From contig DXGA01000106.1 in the NCBI GenBank assembly GCA_019114165.1, positions 1 through 53,528 of the forward strand: DNA of 53,528 nucleotides, written 5' to 3'. Of the stretch, positions 1-9,159 are shown in pieces. The notes beneath the pieces were generated by a model. It had not been told where the DNA came from. It was given only the letters and a program-made list of their open reading frames with translations, and ran no database searches. The stretch's first letter is position 1. The number at the start of each line of letters is the position of its first letter. The DNA comes from Candidatus Flavonifractor merdipullorum (GTDB lineage Bacteria > Bacillota > Clostridia > Oscillospirales > Oscillospiraceae). Both the position numbers and the translations under genes were made by a program.

Positions 1-168
1 CTGACCACCATGAACCCGGAGACCCGAAGGCTCATCAAGGTCATGCCCGAGGACGTGGAGCGCACCGCCCAGGTCTTCGACCTGCTGCTGGGAGACAATC
101 TCCAGGGCAGAAAGGACCATATCGCGGAAAACGGGTATAAATATCTGGAACTGGCGGATATATCATAA
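1..168 (+). CDS. C-terminal end of a type IIA topoisomerase B subunit (GyrB/ParE), 5'-truncated by the window edge
   Basis: Frame 1 reads LTTMNPETRRLIKV...FDLLLGDNLQGRKDHI*, matching the GyrB/ParE C-terminal motif (TTMNPE.R.L...LMG.....RK.FI); lies directly upstream of the A subunit. Confidence 0.85.
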   Translation: MTTMNPETRRLIKVMPEDVERTAQVFDLLLGDNLQGRKDHIAENGYKYLELADIS

Positions 169-195
169 ACAATCCTCTGAAAAGGACGGAACTCA

Positions 196-2439
196 ATGGC
201 CAAGAAAAAGGCCCCCGAGGAGGGGGCGAAGCACAAAAATAACCCCAACGTCATGGGCCTGCGGCCCGAGGTGCTGGAGCAGCCCATCACCGAGACGCTG
301 GAGATCAACTACATGCCCTACGCCATGAGCGTCATCGTCTCCCGGGCCATCCCGGAGATTGACGGCTTCAAGCCCAGCCACCGGAAGCTGCTGTACACCA
401 TGTACCAGATGAAGCTGCTGGGCGGCGCCCGCACCAAGAGCGCCAACGTGGTGGGCCAGACCATGAAGCTCAACCCCCACGGCAACGCCGCCATCTATGA
501 CACCATGGTGCGCCTCTCCCGGGGCTACGGCGCCCTCCTCCACCCCCTGGTGGACTCCAAGGGCAACTTCGGTAAAGTCTACTCCCGGGATATGGCCTGG
601 GCCGCCAGCCGTTATACCGAGGTGCGCCTCGACCCCATCTGCGCCGAGCTCTTCCGGGACATCGACCAGGACACGGTGGACTTTGTGGATAACTACGACG
701 GCAAGCTCAAAGAGCCCACCCTTCTGCCCACCACCTTCCCCAATGTGCTGGTCTCCGCCAATCAGGGCATTGCGGTAGGCATGGCCTCCAACCTGTGCGG
801 CTTCAACCTGACCGAGGTGTGCGACGCCGCCATCGCCTGGATGAAAAAGCCCGGCGTGGACCTGCTGCCCATCCTTAAAGCCCCCGATTTCCCCACTGGC
901 GGCGCGCTGCTCTACGACGAGGCCGCCCTCCGTCAGATCTACGACACCGGCCGCGGCTCCGTCCAGGTGCGGGCCAAGTGGCGCTATCTGAAAAGCGAAA
1001 ACCTCATTGAGATCTACGAGATTCCCTACTCCACCACCGTGGAGGCCATCATGGACAAGGTGGCCGAGCTCATCAAGGGCGGCAAGATCAAAGAGATCGC
1101 CGATATGCGGGACGAGACCGACCTCAACGGCCTGAAAATCACCATCGACCTCAAGCGGGGGGCCGACCCGGACAAGCTCATGGCCAAGCTCTTCCGCTCC
1201 ACCCCGCTGCAGGACCCCTATTCCTGCAACTTCAATATCCTCATTGCCGGTATGCCCAGAGTCATGGGGGTGGGCGAGATCCTCACCGAGTGGATCGCCT
1301 GGCGGATGGACGGCGTCCGCCGCCGCACCTTCTTCGAGTTGCAGAAAAAGCAGCAAAAACTCCACCTGCTCCAGGGTCTCCAGAAAATCCTGCTGGACAT
1401 CGACCGGGCCATTTCCATCATCCGGGAGACCGAGGAGGATGCCGACGTCATCCCCAACCTGATGATCGGTTTCGGCATCGACCAGGTGCAGGCCGAATAT
1501 GTGGCCGACATCAAGCTGCGCAACATCAACAAGGAATACATCCTCAAGCGCACCCAGGAGACCGACTCCCTCTCCAAAGAGATCGCCGACTTGCAGGATA
1601 TTGTGGAAAACCCCGCCCGCATCAAGAAGATCATCACGACAGAGCTTCAGGCGGTGAAGAAAAAATACGCCGCGCCCCGGAAAACCGAGATCCTCTACGA
1701 CTGGAGCGAGCAGGCCAAGGACGACCCCGACGAGGAGATTCCCGATTACCCCGTCTTCGCCTTCCTCTCCAAAGAGGGCTACTTCAAAAAGATCACCCCC
1801 CAGTCTCTCCGCATGAGCGCCGAGCAGAAGTACAAGGAGGGCGACGGCCCCTTCCTCCAGTGGGAGGGGAACAACAGGGACGAACTGCTGGTCTTCACCG
1901 ACAGGCAGCAGTGCTACAAGACCCGCCTTTCCGAGTTTGCCGACACCAAAGCCAGCGTATTGGGCGAGTACCTGCCCACCCGGCTGGGCATGGAGCAGGG
2001 CGAAACGGTGGTGTGGGCCGCCGTCACCGGCGATTACAGCGGACACGTCTTCTTCTTCTTTGCAAACGGCAAGGTGGCCCGGGTGGAGCTCTCTGCCTAC
2101 AAGACCCAGACCAGACGCCGCCGTCTCACCGGCGCTTACTCCGATAAATCCCCCCTGGCCGCCGCGCTCCTCCTCCACGAGGATACCGAAGTGGCCGTTG
2201 CTTCCACCGAGGGGCGCTGCCTCCTCTTCCACACCGCCCTTCTGGCCCCCAAGGCCACCCGCTCCACCCAGGGCGTGGCTGTGATGACCCTGAAGCCCAA
2301 GTACCAGGTGGCATGGGCCCTGCCCCTTGCCGAGACCAAAATCGTCAATCAGGCCCGTTACCGGGCCAAGAGCCTCCCGGTCAACGGCGCGCTCCTGCGT
2401 CCCGAAGACAAGGGAGAAGAACAATTGACCATCCTGTGA
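196..2439 (+). CDS. Type IIA topoisomerase A subunit (GyrA/ParC family, probably topoisomerase IV-like)
   Basis: YAMSVIVSRAIPEIDGFKP, KSANVVG, PHG, catalytic AASRYTE, GIAVGMA, PDFPTGG; no GyrA-box (QxRGGKG) recognised. Confidence 0.92.
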   Translation: MAKKKAPEEGAKHKNNPNVMGLRPEVLEQPITETLEINYMPYAMSVIVSRAIPEIDGFKPSHRKLLYTMYQMKLLGGARTKSANVVGQTMKLNPHGNAAIYDTMVRLSRGYGALLHPLVDSKGNFGKVYSRDMAWAASRYTEVRLDPICAELFRDIDQDTVDFVDNYDGKLKEPTLLPTTFPNVLVSANQGIAVGMASNLCGFNLTEVCDAAIAWMKKPGVDLLPILKAPDFPTGGALLYDEAALRQIYDTGRGSVQVRAKWRYLKSENLIEIYEIPYSTTVEAIMDKVAELIKGGKIKEIADMRDETDLNGLKITIDLKRGADPDKLMAKLFRSTPLQDPYSCNFNILIAGMPRVMGVGEILTEWIAWRMDGVRRRTFFELQKKQQKLHLLQGLQKILLDIDRAISIIRETEEDADVIPNLMIGFGIDQVQAEYVADIKLRNINKEYILKRTQETDSLSKEIADLQDIVENPARIKKIITTELQAVKKKYAAPRKTEILYDWSEQAKDDPDEEIPDYPVFAFLSKEGYFKKITPQSLRMSAEQKYKEGDGPFLQWEGNNRDELLVFTDRQQCYKTRLSEFADTKASVLGEYLPTRLGMEQGETVVWAAVTGDYSGHVFFFFANGKVARVELSAYKTQTRRRRLTGAYSDKSPLAAALLLHEDTEVAVASTEGRCLLFHTALLAPKATRSTQGVAVMTLKPKYQVAWALPLAETKIVNQARYRAKSLPVNGALLRPEDKGEEQLTIL

Positions 2440-2451
2440 CCGGAGGTTTTT

Positions 2452-3321
2452 ATGAAATCCAAAGCCAAACAGCTCATTCTCTCCTATCTGGTGATCACCG
2501 TGGCCTCCGCCATCTATGCCCTGGGCTTCGACTGGTGCTACGCGCCCAACCAGATCGGCTTCGGCGGCATTACCGGCCTTGCCCAGGTCATCAACGCCGC
2601 CGTCCCTGCCCTGTCTATCGGCCTGCTGGTCATCATCCTCAACATTCCGCTCTTTTTCCTGGGCTGGAGACTGCTGGGCGGACACCTGCTCCTTTCTTCC
2701 CTCTACGCCATGTTCATCTCCTCTGTTTTCGTGGATCTGATGGCCGCTTTCATCACGTTCAAACCCATGGACCCCATGCTGGCCGCCATTTTCGGCGGTA
2801 TCCTGGTGGGCCTTTCTCTGGGCCTGATCTTCCTCCAGGGGGCCACCACCGGCGGCACCGATCTGGCCGCCCGGCTCCTCAAGCTCCGTCTCTCCTGGCT
2901 GCCTATGGGGAAGCTTCTGATGGGCGTGGACCTGGTGGTCATCGCCGCCGCCGCCGTGGCCTTCGGGAACCTGTCCAGCGCCCTCTATGGCGTGGTGTCC
3001 CTCTATATCTCCACTGTGGTGATGGATATGGTCCTCTACGGTATGGACTCGGCCAAGGTGGCCTATATCATCAGCCAGAGGCCGGAGGACATTTCCAAGG
3101 GCATTTTCCGTGAAATGGACCGGGGCGTCACCATCCTCCACGGCGAGGGCGCTTACTCCGGCGAGGAAAAGCGGGTGCTCATGTGCGCCTTCAAACAGCG
3201 CCAGATCGTCCCCCTCAAGCATCTGGTCAAGGAGATCGACCCCACCGCCTTTATCATCGTCTGCGACGCCCACGAGGTGCTGGGCGACGGTTTCCGCTCC
3301 TATCACGCCAACGAACTCTGA
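2452..3321 (+). CDS. YitT family membrane protein (C-terminal DUF2179-like domain)
   Basis: GGITGLA, LNIPLF, GATTGGTD, RGVT...GAYSG, IDPTAFI motifs; GGAGG RBS. Confidence 0.88.
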   Translation: MKSKAKQLILSYLVITVASAIYALGFDWCYAPNQIGFGGITGLAQVINAAVPALSIGLLVIILNIPLFFLGWRLLGGHLLLSSLYAMFISSVFVDLMAAFITFKPMDPMLAAIFGGILVGLSLGLIFLQGATTGGTDLAARLLKLRLSWLPMGKLLMGVDLVVIAAAAVAFGNLSSALYGVVSLYISTVVMDMVLYGMDSAKVAYIISQRPEDISKGIFREMDRGVTILHGEGAYSGEEKRVLMCAFKQRQIVPLKHLVKEIDPTAFIIVCDAHEVLGDGFRSYHANEL

Positions 3322-3347
3322 CCCAATTCAAAAGGAGGTTTTCAAGT

Positions 3348-3938
3348 ATGCCTGATCTGGAACAATTGCAGCGCAATCTGCGGGAACGGGGCTTTGAATG
3401 CTCCTATTTCCCCACCGCAAAGGAGGCCGCCGACTATCTGGACGGAAAGATCGACGGCTGCACCGTGGGCATGGGCGGCTCCATGACCATCCAGCAGCTG
3501 GGTCTGATGGATCGTCTGCCGAAGCACAACGACTTCCGCTCCCACTGGGCCGGCGGCACCTGGGCCGACTCGGAGGGAACCCAGGTCTACCTCTGCTCGG
3601 TGAACGGTCTGGCCGAGACCGGCGAGATCGTCAACATCGACGGCAGCGGCAACCGGGTGGCCGCCACGATTTACGGCCATCAGGAGCTCTATCTGGTGGT
3701 GGGGATCAACAAAATTACCCCCGACTATGAAAGCGCCCTGTGGCGGGCGCGGAACATCGCCGCGCCCCGCAACGCCCAGCGTCTGGGGGTGGACACCCCC
3801 TGCGCCAAGCTGGGCGACCGCTGCTACGACTGCCGCAGCCCTCAGCGGATCTGCCGCGCCCTCACCGTCCTGTGGGAAAAGCCCCGGGCCATCGGTCGGG
3901 CGGAGGTGGTCCTGGTGGGGGAGGAGCTGGGCCTTTGA
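3348..3938 (+). CDS. Lactate utilization (LUD domain) protein
   Basis: GGSMT, GEIVNIDGSGNRVAA, GINKI, C-terminal PC...CYDC...RIC; start moved to ATG 3348 behind AAGGAGG. Confidence 0.85.
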   Translation: MPDLEQLQRNLRERGFECSYFPTAKEAADYLDGKIDGCTVGMGGSMTIQQLGLMDRLPKHNDFRSHWAGGTWADSEGTQVYLCSVNGLAETGEIVNIDGSGNRVAATIYGHQELYLVVGINKITPDYESALWRARNIAAPRNAQRLGVDTPCAKLGDRCYDCRSPQRICRALTVLWEKPRAIGRAEVVLVGEELGL

Positions 3939-5041
3939 TGGGCCGCTTCCGCCGTTGGGCGGCGCTGCTTTTGCTCTGCCTGCTGCCTGTTCTGGGCGGC
4001 TGCTCGGCCATTCTGGAGCGGGAATATCTGGTCACCGCCCCCCATGAGGAACAGCCCGTTACCGACGACGACGAAAACGTCCTGCGGGCAGAAAACTATC
4101 AGGAGCTGGTGAACAGCATCCTCTATTTCGTGGACCACCGGATGGAACACGGGGTGGTGCGGCTGGTCAACTATCCCCGCGACGTGGAGAGCGACCTGTC
4201 CGCCGCCTGTCTGGAAGTGGCCAACGACGCACCCATCGGGGCGTACGCCGTCTCCGACATCCGGCACGACTCCACCCGGGTGGTCAAGTATTACGAGGCA
4301 AACCTCTACATCACCTACCGCCGCACCGCCCAGCAGATGGATTCCATCCGCACCGTCATCGGGGCCAGCGCCATCCGGTCGGTGCTGGGGGAGACCCTGT
4401 CCACCTTCTCCGCCGAGTCGGTGCTGCGGGTGAGCTACTTTGCCGACGACGAGGCCTACATCTCCAACCTGGTGCGGCAGGCCTATTACGACACCCCCGA
4501 CGCCGCCCTGGGCATGCCGGAGTATACCATCGCCTTTTACCCCGAGCAGGGCAGCGAGCGCATTGTGGAGATCCTCTTTACCTATCCGGAGTCGGTCAAG
4601 ACCCTCAGCGACCGGCGGCAGGCCCTCCAGCGGCAGGCCGAAGGATATACCGCTCCCCTTCAGGGACAGACCGGACAAAAGGCCGTCTCCTCCATCTTCC
4701 AGCTTCTCCGCCAGCAGGTGCCGTCCCTGTCCGAAGGGTCCACCGCCTATGACGCTCTGGTGGACGGCCAGGCCGACAGCGAAGGCATGGCCCTGGCCTT
4801 TCAGCTCTTGTGCCAGTATCTCAAAGTGGAGTCCACGGTGGTGCAGGGGACGGTGAACGGCGTGCCCCACTTCTGGAACGTGGTCACCTTTGACGACGGC
4901 GCCTCCCGCCATGTGGATACCACCCGGGAAGAGGGGCTTTTGCTGGACGACAGCCAGCTTTCCGCCCTGGGCTACACCTGGGACCAGAACGAAGTGCCCA
5001 CCTGTACGCCTGCCCCTCAGGAGACCCAACAGGACCCCTGA
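3938..5041 (+). CDS. Lipoprotein with C-terminal transglutaminase-like domain
   Basis: Signal peptide with lipobox LGGC; DSEGMALAF...HFWNVV...HVD fits the transglutaminase-core pattern; ATG overlaps the upstream TGA. Confidence 0.7.
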   Translation: MGRFRRWAALLLLCLLPVLGGCSAILEREYLVTAPHEEQPVTDDDENVLRAENYQELVNSILYFVDHRMEHGVVRLVNYPRDVESDLSAACLEVANDAPIGAYAVSDIRHDSTRVVKYYEANLYITYRRTAQQMDSIRTVIGASAIRSVLGETLSTFSAESVLRVSYFADDEAYISNLVRQAYYDTPDAALGMPEYTIAFYPEQGSERIVEILFTYPESVKTLSDRRQALQRQAEGYTAPLQGQTGQKAVSSIFQLLRQQVPSLSEGSTAYDALVDGQADSEGMALAFQLLCQYLKVESTVVQGTVNGVPHFWNVVTFDDGASRHVDTTREEGLLLDDSQLSALGYTWDQNEVPTCTPAPQETQQDP

Positions 5042-5071
5042 AAAAATCCTGTCTTTTTTTCAAAAAAACAC

Positions 5072-5100
5072 TTGACGAATGACGAGACTTCCGCTATAAT
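5072..5100 (+). promoter_or_regulatory. Sigma-A promoter of tRNA-Gly copy 1
   Basis: TTGACG-N17-TATAAT. Confidence 0.85.
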
Positions 5101-5114
5101 AACATCTGTCGCTT

Positions 5115-5190
5115 GCAGGTGTAGCTCATCTGGTAGAGCGCCACCTTGCCAAGGTGGAGGTAGCGAGTTCGAGCCTCGTCACCTGCTCCA
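5115..5190 (+). tRNA. tRNA-Gly (GCC)
   Basis: 76 nt; acceptor stem GCAGGTG/CACCTGC, anticodon arm CCACC-TTGCCAA-GGTGG, GTTCGAG T-loop, encoded CCA. Confidence 0.97.
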
Positions 5191-5194
5191 AGCG

Positions 5195-5231
5195 AAAAGG
5201 ACACGATGAAAATCGTGTCCTTTTCTTTTTT
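5195..5231 (+). terminator. Intrinsic terminator after tRNA copy 1
   Basis: AAAAGGACACGAT-GAAA-ATCGTGTCCTTTT followed by a T-tract. Confidence 0.85.
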
Positions 5232-5286
5232 CGTGCGGGCGGCAGACCCGCACCGGCACAGTTGCGAAAAAAATTTCAAAAAGCCC

Positions 5287-5315
5287 TTGACAGTTGGGAA
5301 ATATTTTGCTACAAT
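5287..5315 (+). promoter_or_regulatory. Sigma-A promoter of tRNA-Gly copy 2
   Basis: TTGACA-N17-TACAAT with extended -10 TG. Confidence 0.85.
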
Positions 5316-5329
5316 GACATCCGTCGCTT

Positions 5330-5405
5330 GCAGGTGTAGCTCATCTGGTAGAGCGCCACCTTGCCAAGGTGGAGGTAGCGAGTTCGAGCCTCGTCACCTG
5401 CTCCA
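5330..5405 (+). tRNA. tRNA-Gly (GCC), identical second copy
   Basis: Sequence identical to 5115-5190. Confidence 0.97.
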
Positions 5406-5408
5406 AGC

Positions 5409-5446
5409 AAAAAGGACACGATGAAAATCGTGTCCTTTTCTTTTTT
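5409..5446 (+). terminator. Intrinsic terminator after tRNA copy 2, probably also serving the convergent ATPase gene
   Basis: Same hairpin as 5195-5231, flanked by A- and T-tracts. Confidence 0.85.
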
Positions 5447-5448
5447 CC

Positions 5449-6528
5449 CTAAAGGGCCAGCAGGGAAGAAGCGATTTCCTCCGCGGTGGCTTCCACCCGG
5501 CCAAAGTCCACATGGGGGTTGTAGAGCCGCTCCAGCGCGTCGTGCATCTCCTTTGCCTGGGCCATGGCCTCCACCGCCTCCTGGGTCAATGCTCCGGCGA
5601 TCTTGCGGGAGAAGCGGAGCCGCGCCCGGCGGAGCCGCAGAAGGGTCCGGTCTGCCATGGCGTCCAGATGGAGCCGCCGGTAGGGACGGCCCGGATAGGG
5701 CTGCTCCGGTGTGCTGCTCACAAAGCCCAGCGAGAGGGACGGGATGAGCAGATGGGACATCCGGTCGGGCTGGGTGGGATCGGGGCAGACGATCACGTCA
5801 TAGCCCGCCGCCATCGCCCCGGAAGCCAAGGCGGTCAGCAGAGGATGGGCCAGACCGTAGGTATCGCACAGGGCGTAGATGCGGGTACAAAGGGCGTCGG
5901 CGGTGGAGAAGTTGCACACCGTCCCCTGACAGCACACCGCATTCAAAAAGCGCTGCACCGCTTTTCCCGGCTCCTTGCCGGTCCTGCGGCACTCCCGGGA
6001 CAAAATCCCCCGGGCCCGGCGGAGCATCTTTTCCTCCAGCTCCGGGGTCTCCAGCAGGGACCGGAGGTCCGCCCGGATCTCCGACGCCGCCGTCAGGCAG
6101 CGGTAGGCCCGGCGGTAGCAGTCCTTGTAGCCCGCCATGGCCTCCGCCAGCTGGTTCCGCATGGGTCTGAGGGCCGCGCTGTCGTAACAGTCCCCCAGAT
6201 TCACATAGTGCTCCAGCGCCCCCGGGCAGGTGGGCTCCACCACATGGGGGGCGGTGGCGTCCACGATGGCGGCCCCCAGCTCGCTGTCCACGATGGCGTC
6301 CAGAGAGACCGGGTCGCCGGAGCACTGGATGTACTCCACGGTATGTCCTGCCTCTTCCAGCCGCTGGGCCACACGGCGCATCAGGGTGGACTTGCCGCAG
6401 CCCGGCCCGCCCTTGAGGAGATAGAGGACCTGGGCGTTTTCCAGGTCGATGAGCTGGTCATAAAGAGAATAAAAGCCCGTAGGGGCATTGGCTCCCAGAA
6501 AAAAACGGACTTGCGGGGTGTTTGCCAT
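5449..6528 (-). CDS. P-loop ATPase-like protein (PRK06851-like family)
   Basis: FFLGANAPTGFYS N-terminus, Walker A GGPGCGKS, VDATAPH, HDALERLYNPHVDF; start at ATG 6528 behind GGAGG. Confidence 0.75.
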   Translation of the reverse strand: MANTPQVRFFLGANAPTGFYSLYDQLIDLENAQVLYLLKGGPGCGKSTLMRRVAQRLEEAGHTVEYIQCSGDPVSLDAIVDSELGAAIVDATAPHVVEPTCPGALEHYVNLGDCYDSAALRPMRNQLAEAMAGYKDCYRRAYRCLTAASEIRADLRSLLETPELEEKMLRRARGILSRECRRTGKEPGKAVQRFLNAVCCQGTVCNFSTADALCTRIYALCDTYGLAHPLLTALASGAMAAGYDVIVCPDPTQPDRMSHLLIPSLSLGFVSSTPEQPYPGRPYRRLHLDAMADRTLLRLRRARLRFSRKIAGALTQEAVEAMAQAKEMHDALERLYNPHVDFGRVEATAEEIASSLLAL

Positions 6529-6666
6529 AAAAAAACCTCCGTTCCATTGCGTTCTCACCCCACAATATGCCGCCTGCGTCCCGCCTGTGCCCGGCGGTTG
6601 CCACCCGGGGACATCTGTGCTAGAATAAAGTCCGCTTTATATCGGACTTTGGAGGTGTGTTTTTCC

Positions 6667-8103
6667 TTGAATATGCTCTCTCTGGCCTTTTTTCTCTTCT
6701 TTCCCCTGGTCATGGCCGGATATCTGCTCTTTCCCGCCAAAGCCGCCCGGCTCTGGCTGCTGGCGGCAAGCTGGCTGTTCGCCCTGTGGGCCGGACCGGA
6801 AGGGCTGCTCTCCCTCCTGTGCGCCACTCTCATCACCTATGTGGGCGGACGGATACTGGGCCGCTGTACCGGGTGGAAACGGCGGGGTGTTCTGGCCCTT
6901 TTGCTGGTCATGCTCTTCGGCGCCCTCTTCCTCTTCAAATACCTGGACTTCGCCTGCCAGCTGCTGACCGGTCTGGGCTGGGCCGTCCAGCCCCCCGCTC
7001 TGCTGCTTCCCGCCGGCATCTCCTTCTATCTCTTCATGGCGGCGGGCTATCTGGTGGACGTGTATCGGGAAAAAGCCGAACCCCGGCGGAATGTTCTCGA
7101 CGTAGCCCTCTTTTTGTCCTTCTTTCCCCAGCTCCTCTCGGGACCCATCGGACGGGCGGAACAGGTGATGCCCCAGTTCCGCACCCGCCGCCGTCCCTCC
7201 TGGGATGGCCTGCGGTTGGGGGCCTTCCGGTTTTTGTGGGGTGCCTTCAAAAAGCTGGTCGTCGCCGACCGGCTGGGTATGCTGGTCTCCACCGTCTACG
7301 CAAATCCCGGTACGTTTGGACGGCTCCAGGTCATCGCCGCCGCCTGCGCCTTCTCCATCCAGATCTATTGCGATTTCTCCGCCTATTCCGACATGGCCCT
7401 GGGCTGCGCCCAGATGCTGGGGGTGGAGCTGATGGAGAACTTCAAGACGCCCTATTTCTCCCGCTCCATCGCGGAGTTCTGGCGGCGGTGGCATATCTCC
7501 CTGTCCTCCTGGTTCCGCGATTACCTCTACATCCCCCTGGGGGGCAGCAGAAAGGGAACGGTACGGAAATATCTGAATGTGCTCATCGTCTTCGCCGTCA
7601 GCGGACTGTGGCACGGCGCGGGGCTGACCTTCCTCATCTGGGGACTGCTCAACGGCCTCTATCAGGTGATCGGCGGGATCACCATAGGGCCACGCACCGC
7701 CCTGCGGAAACGTGTGGGCCTGTCCGATGACCACCCCGTCACCGTGGGGATTCAGATGCTCCTTACCTTTCTCCTGAGCACGGTGGCCTGGGTGTTCTTC
7801 AAGGCCGACTCTCTGGGCAAGGCGGCGGCCATTTTTGGGGCCATGGTCTCCGGGCCGTGGCTCACCCATCCGGTCACCGCCTGGGGACTGGACCGGCCGG
7901 AGCTGCTGGTGGCGGCGCTGGCGGTGGCGCTGCTGGTGGTGGTGGACATCCGCTCCCTTCAAAAGCCGGTGGGTACCGCCCTGCTGGGCTGGAAAGGTCC
8001 GGTGCGGTGGGCGGCTGTGCTGGCTCTGCTGGCAGTGGTGCTGGTCTTCGGCATCTACGGCACCGGCTACGACGCCCAGGACTTCATCTATTTCAAGTTT
8101 TAA
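6667..8103 (+). CDS. MBOAT family O-acyltransferase (AlgI/DltB/PatA-like)
   Basis: PAGISFY, FFPQLLSGPI, QIYCDFSAYSDMA, EFWRRWHISLSSWFRDYLYIPLGG, GLWHGA, terminal FIYFKF; start is TTG 6667 or ATG 6673, not the 5512 ORF start. Confidence 0.93.
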   Translation: MNMLSLAFFLFFPLVMAGYLLFPAKAARLWLLAASWLFALWAGPEGLLSLLCATLITYVGGRILGRCTGWKRRGVLALLLVMLFGALFLFKYLDFACQLLTGLGWAVQPPALLLPAGISFYLFMAAGYLVDVYREKAEPRRNVLDVALFLSFFPQLLSGPIGRAEQVMPQFRTRRRPSWDGLRLGAFRFLWGAFKKLVVADRLGMLVSTVYANPGTFGRLQVIAAACAFSIQIYCDFSAYSDMALGCAQMLGVELMENFKTPYFSRSIAEFWRRWHISLSSWFRDYLYIPLGGSRKGTVRKYLNVLIVFAVSGLWHGAGLTFLIWGLLNGLYQVIGGITIGPRTALRKRVGLSDDHPVTVGIQMLLTFLLSTVAWVFFKADSLGKAAAIFGAMVSGPWLTHPVTAWGLDRPELLVAALAVALLVVVDIRSLQKPVGTALLGWKGPVRWAAVLALLAVVLVFGIYGTGYDAQDFIYFKF

Positions 8104-8115
8104 GGAGATGGGCAG

Positions 8116-9111
8116 ATGACAGAAAAACGCTGGAAACATTGCTGCTGGGCTTTGGCCTTTCTGGCCATTGCCGCGCTGCTGATTGCGCTCCTCTCCTGTG
8201 TGCTCCGTCCCGTCCGCACCAGCTACGGCGCGGTGTGGAAGCCCTACCTGGCCGAGCCGGACAACAGCCTGGATTATCTCTGGATGGGCAGCTCCTACGC
8301 CTACTGCGACCTGAACCCCGCCGTCCTCTACGACGCGTGCGGGCTCACCGGCTATGTGGTGGCGGGTCCCGAGCTGACCCTCTCACAAAGCTATTGGTAC
8401 CTGCGGGAGGCCCTCAAGACCCAGACGCCCGCCGCCGTCTATCTGGAAGCCACCAGCCTTTTCTTTGAAAAATACCAGAACTATTCTCAGATCAATGTGG
8501 GCTATCTGCCCGCGGGGTTCAACAAGCTGGGGGCGGTGTTCACCGCGGCCGAACCGGAACTGCGGAGCGGGCTGCTCTGCGACCTCATCTTCTACCACGG
8601 CCGCTGGAAGGAGCTGACCGCCAGCGAGGTGTGGAAGGCGCTCTCTCCCCCGGAGACCGACGTCTACAAGGGCTACACCTGCGTGGAGGGGAGCGACGGT
8701 ACCCGGGGGGAGACCCCCTATATCCGCACCCTGAACGAGGAAGCGGTTTATATGGAGAATCTGGAGTGGCTGGACAAAATGGCGCGGCTCTGTGAAGAAA
8801 AGGGCATCGCCTTTACCGCCGTGCTCCACCCCACCTGGAGCCGCATCCCCGCCGAGACCAGAGAAAAGCTGGCCGACGACCTGAGCGAGCGGCAGATCTC
8901 CTTCCTGGACTGGACCGAGGCGGAGGACTCCATGGGCATCGTGCCCGACGCCCACTACTACGACGCCGGACACCTGAACCGGGAGGGCGCGGAGGTCTTT
9001 TCCCGTTGGGTGGGACGGTTCCTCACCGGAGAAGAGGGGCTTACCCCCCGCACCCAGACGACAGAAAACACCTGGAACTGGCAGCAGGCCGCCGCCTTCT
9101 GGGCGCAATAA
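8116..9111 (+). CDS. Membrane-anchored SGNH/GDSL-like acetyltransferase partner (AlgJ/DltD/PatB-like)
   Basis: N-terminal TM helix, GSS motif (WMGSSY), C-terminal DAGHLN (DxxH); directly follows the MBOAT gene. Confidence 0.7.
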   Translation: MTEKRWKHCCWALAFLAIAALLIALLSCVLRPVRTSYGAVWKPYLAEPDNSLDYLWMGSSYAYCDLNPAVLYDACGLTGYVVAGPELTLSQSYWYLREALKTQTPAAVYLEATSLFFEKYQNYSQINVGYLPAGFNKLGAVFTAAEPELRSGLLCDLIFYHGRWKELTASEVWKALSPPETDVYKGYTCVEGSDGTRGETPYIRTLNEEAVYMENLEWLDKMARLCEEKGIAFTAVLHPTWSRIPAETREKLADDLSERQISFLDWTEAEDSMGIVPDAHYYDAGHLNREGAEVFSRWVGRFLTGEEGLTPRTQTTENTWNWQQAAAFWAQ

Positions 9112-9112
9112 A

Positions 9113-9154
9113 AAGGGCCCGCCGCAGAATTTTTTCATTCTGCGGCGGGCCCTT
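9113..9154. terminator. Bidirectional terminator hairpin between convergent genes
   Basis: AAGGGCCCGCCGCAGAAT / ATTCTGCGGCGGGCCCTT inverted repeat. Confidence 0.8.
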
Positions 9155-9159
9155 CTGTT

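Noticed and set aside
193-3306. 1037-aa minus-strand ORF, and similar long antisense ORFs such as 25071-27065, 29507-31105, 33155-35746 and 38856-40169
   Set aside because: Shadow frames of GC3-rich genes on the opposite strand; no motifs or RBS.
5115-5405. The tRNA-Gly pair as attL/attR of the phage-like element
   Set aside because: Both are full-length genes with their own promoter and terminator, 215 bp apart and 5 kb from the holin; I saw no tRNA 3' fragment at the other end of the cluster.
5512-6666. N-terminal extension making the MBOAT 863 aa
   Set aside because: It overlaps the antisense ATPase gene; the RBS and hydrophobic MBOAT sequence begin near 6667.
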